DNA of 64,000 nucleotides. Origin: Dehalococcoidia bacterium. Lineage in GTDB: Bacteria; Chloroflexota; Dehalococcoidia; Lucifugimonadales; CATOSD01. A program made the position numbers and the translations under genes. Position 1 is the first letter of the stretch. The number at the start of each line of letters is the position of its first letter. Below, piece by piece: positions 7,803-17,219 of this stretch. The notes beneath the pieces are model-generated. The model was not told where the DNA came from. It did no database searches and saw only the letters and a program-made list of their open reading frames with translations. The stretch lies in NCBI GenBank assembly GCA_963667445.2, contig CAXXGY010000003.1, forward strand, positions 7,183 to 71,182. Direction: 5' to 3'.

Positions 7803-9005
7803 CTACGGCTGGCCCAGGACAGACGCGGCGGCCGGCGTCTCGGCCCGCGCCAGCACGTCGTCGATTTCGGACAGCAGCCGCGGCGCGCCCTCGCCTGTCA
7901 GCGCCGACGCGAAGACCACGCGGTCGCCCTCGTCCACCAGAGCGCCGAGCAACTCCGACCTGGGGGATTTGCCGGCAAGTTCCGGCAGCCGGTCGAAATC
8001 GACGGGTTCCACGCCCGCGCCGTTCTCGCCGTCCGGCGTATCGTCGTCGGCGCCGAGCAGGTCGATCTTGTTCAGGACCAGAATCTGCGGACGCTCGGAC
8101 AGTCCCATGTCCTCGAGAATTCCCGTCACCACGTGGGCCTGCTCCGCCGCGCTGGGCCGGGTGATGTCCAGCACGTGGATGATGAGCGTCGATTCCTCGA
8201 TCTCCTCGAGCGTGGCCCTGAACGCCGCCACCAGCGAGGTGGGCAGCTTCTGGATGAACCCCACGGTGTCGGACACCAGAACCGTGCGGCCCGAGGGCAG
8301 ACGCACTTTTCGCGTAACGGGGTCGAGCGTGGAGAAGAGCCGGTCCTCGGCCAGCACGCCCGCGCCGGTGAGGTTGTTCAGCAGCGTGCTCTTGCCCGCG
8401 TTGGTGTACCCCACCAGCGACGCTACGGGCATTCGCATCTCGCGGCGGCGGGCGCGGTATCCGCGGCGGTGGCGCCTCACGTCGTCCAGGCTGCGCTTGA
8501 GGCGCTGGATGCGGTCCCGCACCAGCCTGCGGTCGGTCTCTATCTGGGTCTCGCCGGGGCCGCGCGTGCCGATGCCGCCGCCCAGACGCTCCAGGTGCGA
8601 CCACTGGCCGGCGAGACGTGGCAACAGGTACTCGTGCTGCGCAAGCTCCACCTGCAAGCGGCCCTCCCTGGTGCGCGCCCGCTGCGCGAACACGTCCAGT
8701 ATGAGCGCGGTGCGGTCTATGACTTTGCGCTCTCCCTCGCCGCCCAGGGCGTTTTCGAGGTTGCGCTGCTGCGTGGGCGTAAGCTCGTCGTCGCAGATGA
8801 CGGTGCCGATGTCGCGGTACTGCACCAGTTCGCGGAGCTCTTGCAGCTTGCCCTTGCCCACGTAGGTGTTGGCGGGCTTGGCCAGCCGCTGCTTCATTCT
8901 GCCGATGACGTGCGCGCCGGCGCTCACGGCCAGGTCGCCGAGCTCGTCCAGGGATTCCTCCAGCGGCCAGAGCGGCTTCTGGCGGGACTTGGGCCGCACG
9001 CCCAC
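7803..9005 (-). CDS. hflX: GTPase HflX
   Basis: G1 motif GYTNAGKSTLLN, with DTVGF and NKID motifs. The N-terminus is uncertain. The frame is open up to the dapL stop and encodes ERALLVGV upstream of the GTG at 9005, without a canonical start codon. Confidence 0.85.
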   Translation of the reverse strand: MGVRPKSRQKPLWPLEESLDELGDLAVSAGAHVIGRMKQRLAKPANTYVGKGKLQELRELVQYRDIGTVICDDELTPTQQRNLENALGGEGERKVIDRTALILDVFAQRARTREGRLQVELAQHEYLLPRLAGQWSHLERLGGGIGTRGPGETQIETDRRLVRDRIQRLKRSLDDVRRHRRGYRARRREMRMPVASLVGYTNAGKSTLLNNLTGAGVLAEDRLFSTLDPVTRKVRLPSGRTVLVSDTVGFIQKLPTSLVAAFRATLEEIEESTLIIHVLDITRPSAAEQAHVVTGILEDMGLSERPQILVLNKIDLLGADDDTPDGENGAGVEPVDFDRLPELAGKSPRSELLGALVDEGDRVVFASALTGEGAPRLLSEIDDVLARAETPAAASVLGQP

Positions 9006-9083
9006 CAGCAGCGCGCGTTCGCGCCGCCTCCTCGTTTCGACGGTCCTGGCTCGCCCTGAGCCTGTCGAACGGGTCGGTATGGC

Positions 9084-10262
9084 CTAGCTCCCTTCGTGCG
9101 GGGGCAGCTTCCAGTCGGCCAGCCGCTGGAGGCCCCGCTCCATGTCCTCGTCGTCTATGGTCAGCGTCAGCCGGATGTACCCCTCGCCGTAGGCGCCGTA
9201 GCCGTTGCCCGGCGTGACGACGATGTCGCACTGCTCGAGCAGCGACTCGGTTATCTGCGCGGACGTGTAGCCGTGCGGGATGCGCGCCCACACGTATAGG
9301 CCCGCCTTGGGCGGGTCGACGTGCAGCCCGATGCCGCGCAGCGTCTCCATCACGCGGTCCCTGCGCCGCTGGTAGATTGCGTTCCGCTCGTCGATTGCGT
9401 CCAGCGGGTCCTTGAGGGCCTCGATGCCCATGTACTGGATGGCCTGGGGCACGCCCGAATCGAGGTTGGACTTCACGACCATCAGCGCGTCGATCATGTC
9501 GGCGTTGCCGGCGGCGACGCCGAGGCGCCAGCCCGTCATGTTGTAGCTCTTTGACAGCGAGTGAAACTCCATGCCCACTTCCATCGCTCCCGGCGTTTGC
9601 AGGAAGCTGGAGGGCTTGTAGCCGTCGAACGCGACCTCGGTGTAGGAGGCGTCGTGCAGCACGGCTATGTCGTGCCGGGCCGCGAACTCCACCACCTGCT
9701 CGAAGTAGTCGGACTCGGCTATCGCCCCGGTCGGGTTGTTCGGATAGTTGAGCCACATCACCTTGGCCGCCCGGGCCACGTCCTCGGGTATGGCCTCCAG
9801 GTCTGGGAGCCAGCCGTTCTCCTCCAGCAGCGGCATCCAGTGGCACTCGCCGCCCGCGAACCAGGTGCCCACCGAGTACACGGGATAGCCGGGATCGGGT
9901 ACCAGCGCGACGTCCCCCGGGTCCAGGAAGCACAGCGCCGCGTGGCCTATGCCCTCCTTCGCCCCGATGAGGGACAGCACCTCCTTGTCGGAGTCGAGCG
10001 AGATGCCGAAGCGCCGCTGGTACCAGTCGGCGGCCGCCTGCCGGAACTCGGGCAGGCCGTCGGACTCGGGGTAGCGGTGGTTCGGCGCGTCCAGGGCCGT
10101 CTCGCGCAGCCGCTCGACGACATGGGGAGGCGTCGGTATGTCCGGGTCGCCTATGCCGAAGCTGATGACCTCGATACCCTGCTCCTTCTTCGCGGCGATC
10201 CTGCGGCTGATCTCGACGAACAGGTACGGCGGTATCTTGTCTAAACGTCTGGCGAGCTTCAC
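9084..10262 (-). CDS. dapL: Class I/II aminotransferase, LL-diaminopimelate aminotransferase-like
   Basis: 392 aa. LDKIPPYLFVEISRRIAAKKEQGIEVISFGIGDPDIPTP and SLSKSYNMTGWRLG (PLP lysine). It lies directly downstream of dapF. Confidence 0.7.
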   Translation of the reverse strand: MKLARRLDKIPPYLFVEISRRIAAKKEQGIEVISFGIGDPDIPTPPHVVERLRETALDAPNHRYPESDGLPEFRQAAADWYQRRFGISLDSDKEVLSLIGAKEGIGHAALCFLDPGDVALVPDPGYPVYSVGTWFAGGECHWMPLLEENGWLPDLEAIPEDVARAAKVMWLNYPNNPTGAIAESDYFEQVVEFAARHDIAVLHDASYTEVAFDGYKPSSFLQTPGAMEVGMEFHSLSKSYNMTGWRLGVAAGNADMIDALMVVKSNLDSGVPQAIQYMGIEALKDPLDAIDERNAIYQRRRDRVMETLRGIGLHVDPPKAGLYVWARIPHGYTSAQITESLLEQCDIVVTPGNGYGAYGEGYIRLTLTIDDEDMERGLQRLADWKLPPHEGS

Positions 10263-10280
10263 TGGCAGCCTCCGGTGGTG

Positions 10281-10406
10281 GTTCAGTTAGTCGGTTTGTC
10301 AGTCTGTCAGTTGGTTAGTTGGTCGGTTTGTCAGTTGGTTAGTTTCTCCGCGAATCCGCGTGACTGATTGACTGACTCACTGACAAACTGATTAACTGAC
10401 CAACTT
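10281..10406. repeat. Large imperfect inverted repeat built from GTCAGT/GTTAGT units (dapF-dapL intercistronic)
   Basis: The left arm 10281-10345 (GTTCAGTTAGTCGGTTTGTCAGTCTGTCAGTTGGTTAGTTGGTCGGTTTGTCAGTTGGTTAGTTT) contains internal direct repeats. The right arm 10361-10406 is its approximate reverse complement. The centre is CTCCGCGAATCCGCG. Confidence 0.7.
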
Positions 10407-11246
10407 CTAATCGGGCCAGGTGCCCTCGTACACCTTGGCGACGGGGCCGTTGAGTATTACTTCGCCGTGTCCGGGCCAGCGCACGCTCAACTCGCCGCCG
10501 GGCAACGCCACGGTCACATCGTCGCAGGTGAGACCGCGCAGCCGCGCCGCCACGGCGATGGCGCAGGCGCCGGTGCCGCAGGCCTGGGTGAGGCCCGACC
10601 CCCGCTCCCAGACGCGCGCTGTGATGGTCGCCTCGTCGAGCACGTTCGCAATCTCGAAGTTCACCCGGTTGGGGAAGATGGGGTCGTGCTCCACGAGCGG
10701 CCCTATCTCGTGCAGCGGGAAGTCGTCCACCGGCTCGTCTATGAACGCGACGGCGTGCGGGTTGCCCATCGACACGAAGGTGAGGTCGAACGTGCGCCCT
10801 CCCACTGTGAGCGGGTGGCGCAGGACCGGGCCGGGGCCGGGCGCGAGCACCGGCACGTCCGCCGGCTCCAGTATCGGGCTGCCCATGCTCACGCTGGCGC
10901 GGGTCAGCTCGCCGTCGTCCCATCCGGGCGAGACTTCGAGCACCCCGGCGAGCGTCTCGACGGTGATGGGCGACCTGTCGGCGGATACCGCGCCGTTGTC
11001 TATGGCGAAGCGCACGAAGCACCGGATGCCGTTGCCGCACATCTCGCCCTGCGAGCCGTCGGCGTTGAACATAGACATACGCACGTCGGCGTCGTTGGCG
11101 CCCTGTAGCACGATGACGCCGTCGGATCCCACGCCCAGGTGCCGGTCGCTCATGGCGACGGACAGCGCGGGCCAGTCGCGCTCGCCGGCCCTTCCGTCTA
11201 CGAACACGTAGTCGTTGCCGGCGCCGTGCATCTTGGTGAACTTCAT
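10407..11246 (-). CDS. dapF: Diaminopimelate epimerase
   Basis: MKFTKMHGAGNDYVFVDG N-terminus and the two catalytic Cys contexts (MCGNGIRC, ACGTGACA). The start is taken at the internal ATG 11244-11246. Confidence 0.9.
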   Translation of the reverse strand: MKFTKMHGAGNDYVFVDGRAGERDWPALSVAMSDRHLGVGSDGVIVLQGANDADVRMSMFNADGSQGEMCGNGIRCFVRFAIDNGAVSADRSPITVETLAGVLEVSPGWDDGELTRASVSMGSPILEPADVPVLAPGPGPVLRHPLTVGGRTFDLTFVSMGNPHAVAFIDEPVDDFPLHEIGPLVEHDPIFPNRVNFEIANVLDEATITARVWERGSGLTQACGTGACAIAVAARLRGLTCDDVTVALPGGELSVRWPGHGEVILNGPVAKVYEGTWPD

Positions 11247-11363
11247 GCGGTGCCTCTCGGTGGATTGTCGGTGAACCATTCTAACACAGAAATGCCGTGC
11301 CATCGGAGTAACCGAAAGCTAACCAAGACGTAAAGCGTACAAGCGCGAACTTTTAGGCGAAAT

Positions 11364-12308
11364 TCAGGTCGAGCAGAGGCCGTTAAACCACTCCTCGGCG
11401 TATCGGAGCGCGTCGGCTCGCCCCGTCTCTGCGTCGAACCAGCGTATGCGCGCGTCGGCCGGCTTGAACCAGGCGCGCTGTCGCCTGGCGAACCGGCGCG
11501 TGCCGCGCTTCACGGCGTCGGCCGCCTCGCCGAGCGAAAGCCGGCCGCGCAGGTGGTCGGCGATCTCGCGGTAGCCCAGGCTCGACATCGAGGGCAGGTC
11601 CGGCCCGTAGCCCGAATCGATCAGTCCCCTCACCTCGTCGACCCACCCGGCGGCGAGCATGGCGTCCACCCGGTCGTCGATGCGCCGGCGCAGGGCCTCA
11701 GCGTCCATCGCCAGCCCCAGAATGGCGACGCTGTAGGGCGGTGGTGTGCGGCGAGCGGGCCGCGTCGTGACGTCCGGCGCGGCCAGCGCCACTTCGAGCG
11801 CGCGGACGACCCGCCTGGGGTTGCGGGCGTCCACGCGGGCGGCGGCGTCCGGCGCGCGCTGGGCGAGCTCGCGGTGGAGCACCGCGACGCCCTCCGACTC
11901 CAGGCGTTCCGCCAGCTCCGCGCGGAGCAGCGGATCGGGCGCGACCGGGGCCGGATTCCACCCCTCCAGCAGCGCCCAGACGTACTGTCCGGTGCCTCCG
12001 GCGACGATTGGCAGCCCGGAATTCCTGTTTACGTTTTGGATAGCTTTCCTAGACTCGTACAAGAACTGCCCCAGGCTGTACTCGTCGTCGGGGTTCGCTA
12101 CGTCGATAAGGTGGTGGCGGACCGCCGCGAGGTGTTCCGGCGGCGGCTTGGCGGTGCCGATGTCCATGCGGCGGTACACCTGCCGGCTGTCCGTGCTCAC
12201 TATCTCGCCCCCGAGACGCTTGGCCAGGCACATGGCGAGGCCGCTCTTGCCGACGGCGGTCTGGCCGACCACGGCGATGACGGGTGTTTTCTCGTGTGGG
12301 GTGGACAT
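11364..12308 (-). CDS. miaA: tRNA dimethylallyltransferase
   Basis: P-loop GQTAVGKSGLA, then IVSTDSRQVYRRMDIGTAKP. Confidence 0.9.
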   Translation of the reverse strand: MSTPHEKTPVIAVVGQTAVGKSGLAMCLAKRLGGEIVSTDSRQVYRRMDIGTAKPPPEHLAAVRHHLIDVANPDDEYSLGQFLYESRKAIQNVNRNSGLPIVAGGTGQYVWALLEGWNPAPVAPDPLLRAELAERLESEGVAVLHRELAQRAPDAAARVDARNPRRVVRALEVALAAPDVTTRPARRTPPPYSVAILGLAMDAEALRRRIDDRVDAMLAAGWVDEVRGLIDSGYGPDLPSMSSLGYREIADHLRGRLSLGEAADAVKRGTRRFARRQRAWFKPADARIRWFDAETGRADALRYAEEWFNGLCST

Positions 12309-12369
12309 GGTGGCAATCTGGCGTTCGCGGGTGCGGCGTGGCTTAGAGTCTATCCGACGATCCGTCCAT

Positions 12370-12409
12370 CACCCCCATCCTAACCTTCCCCCTGCGAGGG
12401 GGAAGGGAC
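12370..12409 (-). repeat. REP-A element (hairpin + TTAGGATGGGGGTG tail), reverse orientation
   Basis: CACCCCCATCCTAACCTTCCCCCTGCGAGGGGGAAGGGAC. Confidence 0.9.
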
Positions 12410-12425
12410 AGTTTGGTGTGCGGCG

Positions 12426-13181
12426 TCAGGCGTGGCGTGCGGCGAGCCGCGCTATCTCCGCGAATGCCTCGGCGTCCAGGCTCGCGCCGCCGACGAGCGC
12501 GCCGTTGACGTCCGGCTGGCGCGCGTAGTCCTCGGCGTTGCCGGCGTTGACGCTGCCGCCGTACAGCAGCGGAACCTCCCCGGCCGCGTCTGCGCCGTAG
12601 CGCGCCGCCAGGGCCGCGCGAATGGTCGCCATCATGGACTGCGCCGCGTCCGGGGTGGCCGCCCTACCCGTCCCTATCGCCCACACCGGCTCGTATGCGA
12701 CGACCAGCGCCGATGCGTCGTCCACGCCTTCAAGGCCAAGCGCGACCTGCCGCTCGACTACCGCTTCCGCTTCTCCGCCCTCGCGCTGCTCGAGACGCTC
12801 GCCCACGCACAGGATGGGCCGCAGGTCGGCGACCAGCGCGGCGCGCACCTTGCGGTTGACGAACTCGTCCGTCTCGCCGAAAAGCTCGCGCCGCTCGGAG
12901 TGGCCCAGGATGACGTACTCGCACAGGCCCCGCAGCATATCGGGCGACACCTCGCCGGTGAACGCGCCGGAGCTTTCGGGGTGCATGTTCTGCGCGCCCA
13001 GCGCGACGGACGTGCCGCGCAGCGCCTCGCCGACAGCGTCCAGGTGCACGAACGGCGGGCACACCAGCGACGTGACGCCGCTCTCGGCGTCCAGGGCGTC
13101 GCGCATCCGCTCCACGAGCGAGACGGCCTCCTGGCGGGTGGTGTTCATCTTCCAGTTTCCGGCGATGATGGTGGTAGGCAA
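12426..13181 (-). CDS. tpiA: Triosephosphate isomerase
   Basis: IIAGNWKMN, ILGHSERR and AYEPVWAIGTG motifs. Confidence 0.93.
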   Translation of the reverse strand: MPTTIIAGNWKMNTTRQEAVSLVERMRDALDAESGVTSLVCPPFVHLDAVGEALRGTSVALGAQNMHPESSGAFTGEVSPDMLRGLCEYVILGHSERRELFGETDEFVNRKVRAALVADLRPILCVGERLEQREGGEAEAVVERQVALGLEGVDDASALVVAYEPVWAIGTGRAATPDAAQSMMATIRAALAARYGADAAGEVPLLYGGSVNAGNAEDYARQPDVNGALVGGASLDAEAFAEIARLAARHA

Positions 13182-13249
13182 GGTGGGACTCCTAGCGGGC
13201 GTTCGTTTTCGCGTCGCCGTCCAGTATAGGCGATTTTGCCCGAAGGCGG

Positions 13250-14485
13250 TTATGCTGCGTGCTGTAGCCTCCGAGCTTCGTCGCGCAACCCGGAAATTCT
13301 GTTTGCCACCTGCCCTACCCGGCCGAGCACTTCATCAAGCGAACCTTCCAGGTCGAGCGTTGCGACCTCAAGCCGCTTCCCGGAGTTGCGCACCGTGTAG
13401 TTCGCCGCATTCGCCTCGTCGCCCGCCGCGTACACAAGCAGGCCGCCCGGCAGGTCCAGAGCGGTGACGTATGCCAGCAGCTGGTACAGGTCGGCGTTGG
13501 GGACGCCAGCGGGCCTGATGAGCTTGTACTTGGCGTCGCCGACGAATGTACACTTATCGCCCTCCCACCAGGTAAGGTCCGGGTAGAGTCTCACGCGGTT
13601 TCGTTCGGCAAGATAAATCCGGCGGTTGCCCTTGAGTTGGCTATCGGAACAGAACACGTTGGCCGAGACACCTAGCGCATCTCTCAGCGCGACGGTGACG
13701 AAGTCCTGGAACAGGGTGTTCATGTCCATCAGGAAGCCCGTGGCCCGCACCTGGCCGCGCCGCGCCTCGAACGCGCTGTGCTCCAGTATGAGACGGGACA
13801 GCCCCACCACGCCGCGATAGTGGTCGTTCAGCCTGTCGAACGTGACTTTGGGCACGTCCGTCCGACCGTACTCCACGAGCGACACGTTCTCCAGCATCGC
13901 CGCGGTCCAGCTCAGGCCCCGGCGGGCCTGCGACGAGCGCAGGCGCATCTCGCCCAGCCGCGCGACCGCCGCCTTCACGAGCCGGTTCTCACGGATGTCG
14001 TCCGTGAACTCGTCGTAGCGCACTTCCACGGGCATGGCGATGCCGAACCTGCGCCGAATCTGCTCGTCGAACCGGATGCGGCCCCGCACCGCGTACAGCG
14101 CCTCCTCCTCTGTGCGGTAGCCGTGCAACAGTCCCCGCGAGAACGCTCTGCGGGCCGCGGCGGCGAGCGCGAGCGCCAGCGTGTCGGGCAGCGCTTCATC
14201 ACGCCGGAAGTCAAACATCTCCGAGCGTTGCCTGAACACGCCGATGGCGTAGCAGGCCAACGACAGGAGCTGCGGTATGCCTATCTTGGGCCGTATCAGC
14301 ACAGACAGGTCGCCAATCTCGACGGCGCCGACGGTGGAGCCGGGCCTGAGAGTGTACAAGCCGTCCCCGTCCTCGGCGTCCTCGATGGTCAACGAGAGTT
14401 CCGTGCCCCGCAACGCCCTGCGTTCGTCGGCCGAGAACTCGTAGGCTTGGCTCCGCTCGTACTCCCTGAGGTCAACCTCACGCAT
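13250..14485 (-). CDS. mcrC: McrC-like PD-(D/E)xK nuclease subunit of a type IV restriction system
   Basis: 411 aa from ATG 14483-14485, which overlaps the mcrB stop (ATGCGTGA). C-terminal nuclease core LYPDLTWW ... FVGDAKYK ... DLYQLLAY. Confidence 0.8.
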   Translation of the reverse strand: MREVDLREYERSQAYEFSADERRALRGTELSLTIEDAEDGDGLYTLRPGSTVGAVEIGDLSVLIRPKIGIPQLLSLACYAIGVFRQRSEMFDFRRDEALPDTLALALAAAARRAFSRGLLHGYRTEEEALYAVRGRIRFDEQIRRRFGIAMPVEVRYDEFTDDIRENRLVKAAVARLGEMRLRSSQARRGLSWTAAMLENVSLVEYGRTDVPKVTFDRLNDHYRGVVGLSRLILEHSAFEARRGQVRATGFLMDMNTLFQDFVTVALRDALGVSANVFCSDSQLKGNRRIYLAERNRVRLYPDLTWWEGDKCTFVGDAKYKLIRPAGVPNADLYQLLAYVTALDLPGGLLVYAAGDEANAANYTVRNSGKRLEVATLDLEGSLDEVLGRVGQVANRISGLRDEARRLQHAA

Positions 14486-16877
14486 CAGTGGGGTCGTTAT
14501 CTTCGCTGTCCGGGTCTTCGCCGCCTTCCTCGGACTGGGCAGACGAAGAAGATTGCCGCTTGAGCCGCTCCAGGTCGAACTCCTCAGCAACCTGCTCACC
14601 CCCGAACCGCCGTTCCTCCACATACGGTAGGACGCTGTGCTTCCACACGCGCTCAACCATGTCGTCGTCGAGGCCGTCCTTCATAAAGTAGCTCGGCCCG
14701 ATGGCGGCGTGCCGGTCGTCCCGGAGAAGCTCGTTCGCGCTCTCGACCACGTCGGTGACCCACTCCATGCCGGGATGTTTCGCTACCAGCCACCGGCGCA
14801 GCACGCCCCTGACTGGCTCGACGTCCGGGTGGAACTCCACGAAATAGAAGCGCCGGCGTAGCGCCAGGTCTATGAGCGCGATGGAGCGGTCGGCGGTGTT
14901 CATCGTCCCGATGATGTAAAGATTGTCGGGAAGCGAGAAGTCGTCCTCGCCGTCACGCTGGTATTGGAGGGTGATTGCGTGGTTGCGGTACTCCAGCAGG
15001 AAGTAGAGTTCACCGAACACCTTGGCGATGCTGCCACGGTTTATCTCGTCGATGATGATGAAGTGCTTCCGGTCCGGATCATCCTCCGCTCGTTTGGCGG
15101 CGCGCACCAGTGGCCCGTCCTTCAACACGAACCCCGCCTGCCCGTCGTCCGACAGCGTGGGCCGAAAGCCCCGCACGAAGTCCTCGTAGGCATACGACGG
15201 ATGAAACTGCACGAGGGTCACGCGGTCCTCCGACCCGGCGAGAAATTCGGCCAACGCTTGCGCCACGTATGTCTTGCCGGTGCCCGGCGGCCCCTGGAAT
15301 ATGACCTGCTTCTTGTCCTCGAGGAGGTCGGCGATTTCTTCCAGGAAGTTAGCGGGTTCAGTGAGGAAGAGCTGGGCGGCGAGGGTGGCGAGGTCAACAG
15401 GGGGATTCTCCACAATTTCCCCCTCTGGCACAGGCGGTTCCTGTTCGCCGTTTTCGGATTCCATGCCCTGAATTTGCCAGACTATCGACTGGGCATCGAG
15501 GCGGTGGCGAACAGGAATTCCACGAGCTCGAGCTTCTAGCGTGAGCCTGTCAAGGAATCCGAGGGCGTGTTCGTACAGCGCGGCCTCGTCCGCGTCCCTC
15601 GCTCGTGGCGGGTAGCCGGTACGTTTGTAAGCATCGTCGAACAGGGTGATCCTGAAAGGCGGAAACTGCTCGACGTCCAACCCCATGAGCAGTTGAGAGA
15701 TGACGTTCGTGCGGGTTCCGGCGCCACGAGTCACGTCTCTAGGGAACAGGTCGCTGAAAGATTGGATACGCTCGGAGACGGAAGAGTCGTCCCGTGTCCA
15801 CAGCACTTGCAGAGCTCGCCGCGCCTCGTTGGGAGATCTGTCTATCCACCTACAGAAGTTGTCCTGTTGTGTGAAGTGGATGATGTTGCCGGAGACACCA
15901 CTCTTTACCGATTCGGCCCAGTCGTCGGCACCGTCTAGTACGTCCTCTCGCGCCGCCGCGAGCTTTTGGGCGATGTGGTATTTGTAGCCTAGCTCTTGCC
16001 CCCAAAGTTGACCCGTTTCCAGATACTTCGAGGCCAGACGTATGTACTCGTCCCAAGGGTTGGACGTAAACGAGTTCCACCGCGGGGCGGGAATCGACGT
16101 GTCCCACCAGCTTTTCAAATCCTCATCATAGAAGTCGAAGTCTCTTCCCAGACCGTCCTCGAGGCCATGACGGACTTGCTCCAGCTTGCGATCCACGTCG
16201 GACGTCTCTTCAGTAATGAAGTGATCAAAGGCTTTTGTTGCGGCAATGTCCAGTTTATGTCGCCCAGAGACGATTCCCTCAAAGGTGTCGGGATAAACGA
16301 GATGGAGCAGGGCGTGTCGTTGGCTCCTAGGTGTCGTCTGACTGTCTTGGAGCAGAACGCTACGCAGTCCCCTCCTCATCACGAGTCTCTTGAATGCCCA
16401 CGGGTCGCTAAGCAGGCTTACGAGACCGCTGGATTCCAGTTGCTCCTTCCACCGCTCTACGAATTCTATGAGAAACCCAACATGATATGGACGGAACCGG
16501 TTGAACGCTTGAGAGGCGGATATGCCAGGAGAGAGAGCGCCTACGAGGTCGGGAGGAATGCCGATGTCTTCACCTGACCACCCAAGTACCTCCTTCAGTC
16601 GGTCTTCTTTAGCATTACCTCTCAAGGTCGTTCGATGAACGATGAGGAAGTGGACGTACAGCACTTCAGCCATGAGTTGATAGGCCGCGGGTGGGCTGCC
16701 TTCCAACTGCTGGCGCAGCTTGTCGTAGAAGCTACCCTCGCCTACGTCTGGGCGATCCAGAAATCGCTCTCGCAGCTCGCCAAGCAACTCCGATGTCCAG
16801 ATGCGCGCGCCCGGCGTAAACAGCGAGTCATCTTTACGCAGAGCGGCGTCAACCCACTTCTGAGCGGCGGCGTACAC
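14478..16877 (-). CDS. mcrB: McrB-like AAA+ GTPase with a roughly 480-aa unassigned N-terminal domain
   Basis: 799 aa. Walker A FQGPPGTGKT, IIIDEINRG, and the McrB signature IIGTMNTADRS. The N-terminal half has visibly lower GC than its neighbours. Confidence 0.85.
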   Translation of the reverse strand: MYAAAQKWVDAALRKDDSLFTPGARIWTSELLGELRERFLDRPDVGEGSFYDKLRQQLEGSPPAAYQLMAEVLYVHFLIVHRTTLRGNAKEDRLKEVLGWSGEDIGIPPDLVGALSPGISASQAFNRFRPYHVGFLIEFVERWKEQLESSGLVSLLSDPWAFKRLVMRRGLRSVLLQDSQTTPRSQRHALLHLVYPDTFEGIVSGRHKLDIAATKAFDHFITEETSDVDRKLEQVRHGLEDGLGRDFDFYDEDLKSWWDTSIPAPRWNSFTSNPWDEYIRLASKYLETGQLWGQELGYKYHIAQKLAAAREDVLDGADDWAESVKSGVSGNIIHFTQQDNFCRWIDRSPNEARRALQVLWTRDDSSVSERIQSFSDLFPRDVTRGAGTRTNVISQLLMGLDVEQFPPFRITLFDDAYKRTGYPPRARDADEAALYEHALGFLDRLTLEARARGIPVRHRLDAQSIVWQIQGMESENGEQEPPVPEGEIVENPPVDLATLAAQLFLTEPANFLEEIADLLEDKKQVIFQGPPGTGKTYVAQALAEFLAGSEDRVTLVQFHPSYAYEDFVRGFRPTLSDDGQAGFVLKDGPLVRAAKRAEDDPDRKHFIIIDEINRGSIAKVFGELYFLLEYRNHAITLQYQRDGEDDFSLPDNLYIIGTMNTADRSIALIDLALRRRFYFVEFHPDVEPVRGVLRRWLVAKHPGMEWVTDVVESANELLRDDRHAAIGPSYFMKDGLDDDMVERVWKHSVLPYVEERRFGGEQVAEEFDLERLKRQSSSSAQSEEGGEDPDSEDNDPTDA

Positions 16878-16924
16878 GTTCTCAGACCCCGGGCCCGTTC
16901 TTCTGGCTGACAGGGGTTTATCCT

Positions 16925-17152
16925 TTAACTTCCGTTGGCGCGGGCGTTCCGTCGAGCCTCCGCCCGCTGGATGTCGGCCTCGGAGACGCCGGCGTCCCGT
17001 AGCGCCTGAATCATCGCCGCGCGCTCTTCCTCGCGGCCTTCCTCACGGCCTTCCTCGCGGCCTTCGATGCGGCCCTCCGCGCGGCCTTCCCTGCGGCCTT
17101 CCTCGCGGCCCTTGTCTCTTGCCTCTCGTAGTTTTTGCAATGCCATGACCAT
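16925..17152 (-). CDS. Small charged protein with (EGRx)n repeat; truncated tandem paralogue of the 17220-17594 gene
   Basis: 75 aa from ATG 17150-17152 (AAGGAG lies 11 nt upstream). MVMALQKLREARDKGREEGRREGRAEGRIEGREEGREEGREEERAAMIQALRDAGVSEADIQRAEARRNARANGS. The last 32 residues are identical to the neighbouring gene. Confidence 0.45.
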   Translation of the reverse strand: MVMALQKLREARDKGREEGRREGRAEGRIEGREEGREEGREEERAAMIQALRDAGVSEADIQRAEARRNARANGS

Positions 17153-17219
17153 GTTCCACACCACTCCTTGGCGGTGTTGCGTGCGCCATCGTCGAGCGGC
17201 TGCGCTTCGATTGTCTGAT

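Noticed and set aside
9006-9083. The hflX frame is open back to the dapL stop and encodes the conserved ERALLVGV strand upstream of the first canonical start codon. This could indicate a non-canonical start or read-through.
   Set aside because: It could simply be a GTG start at 9005 or a rare start codon. There is not enough evidence for stop-codon read-through or a dapL-hflX fusion.
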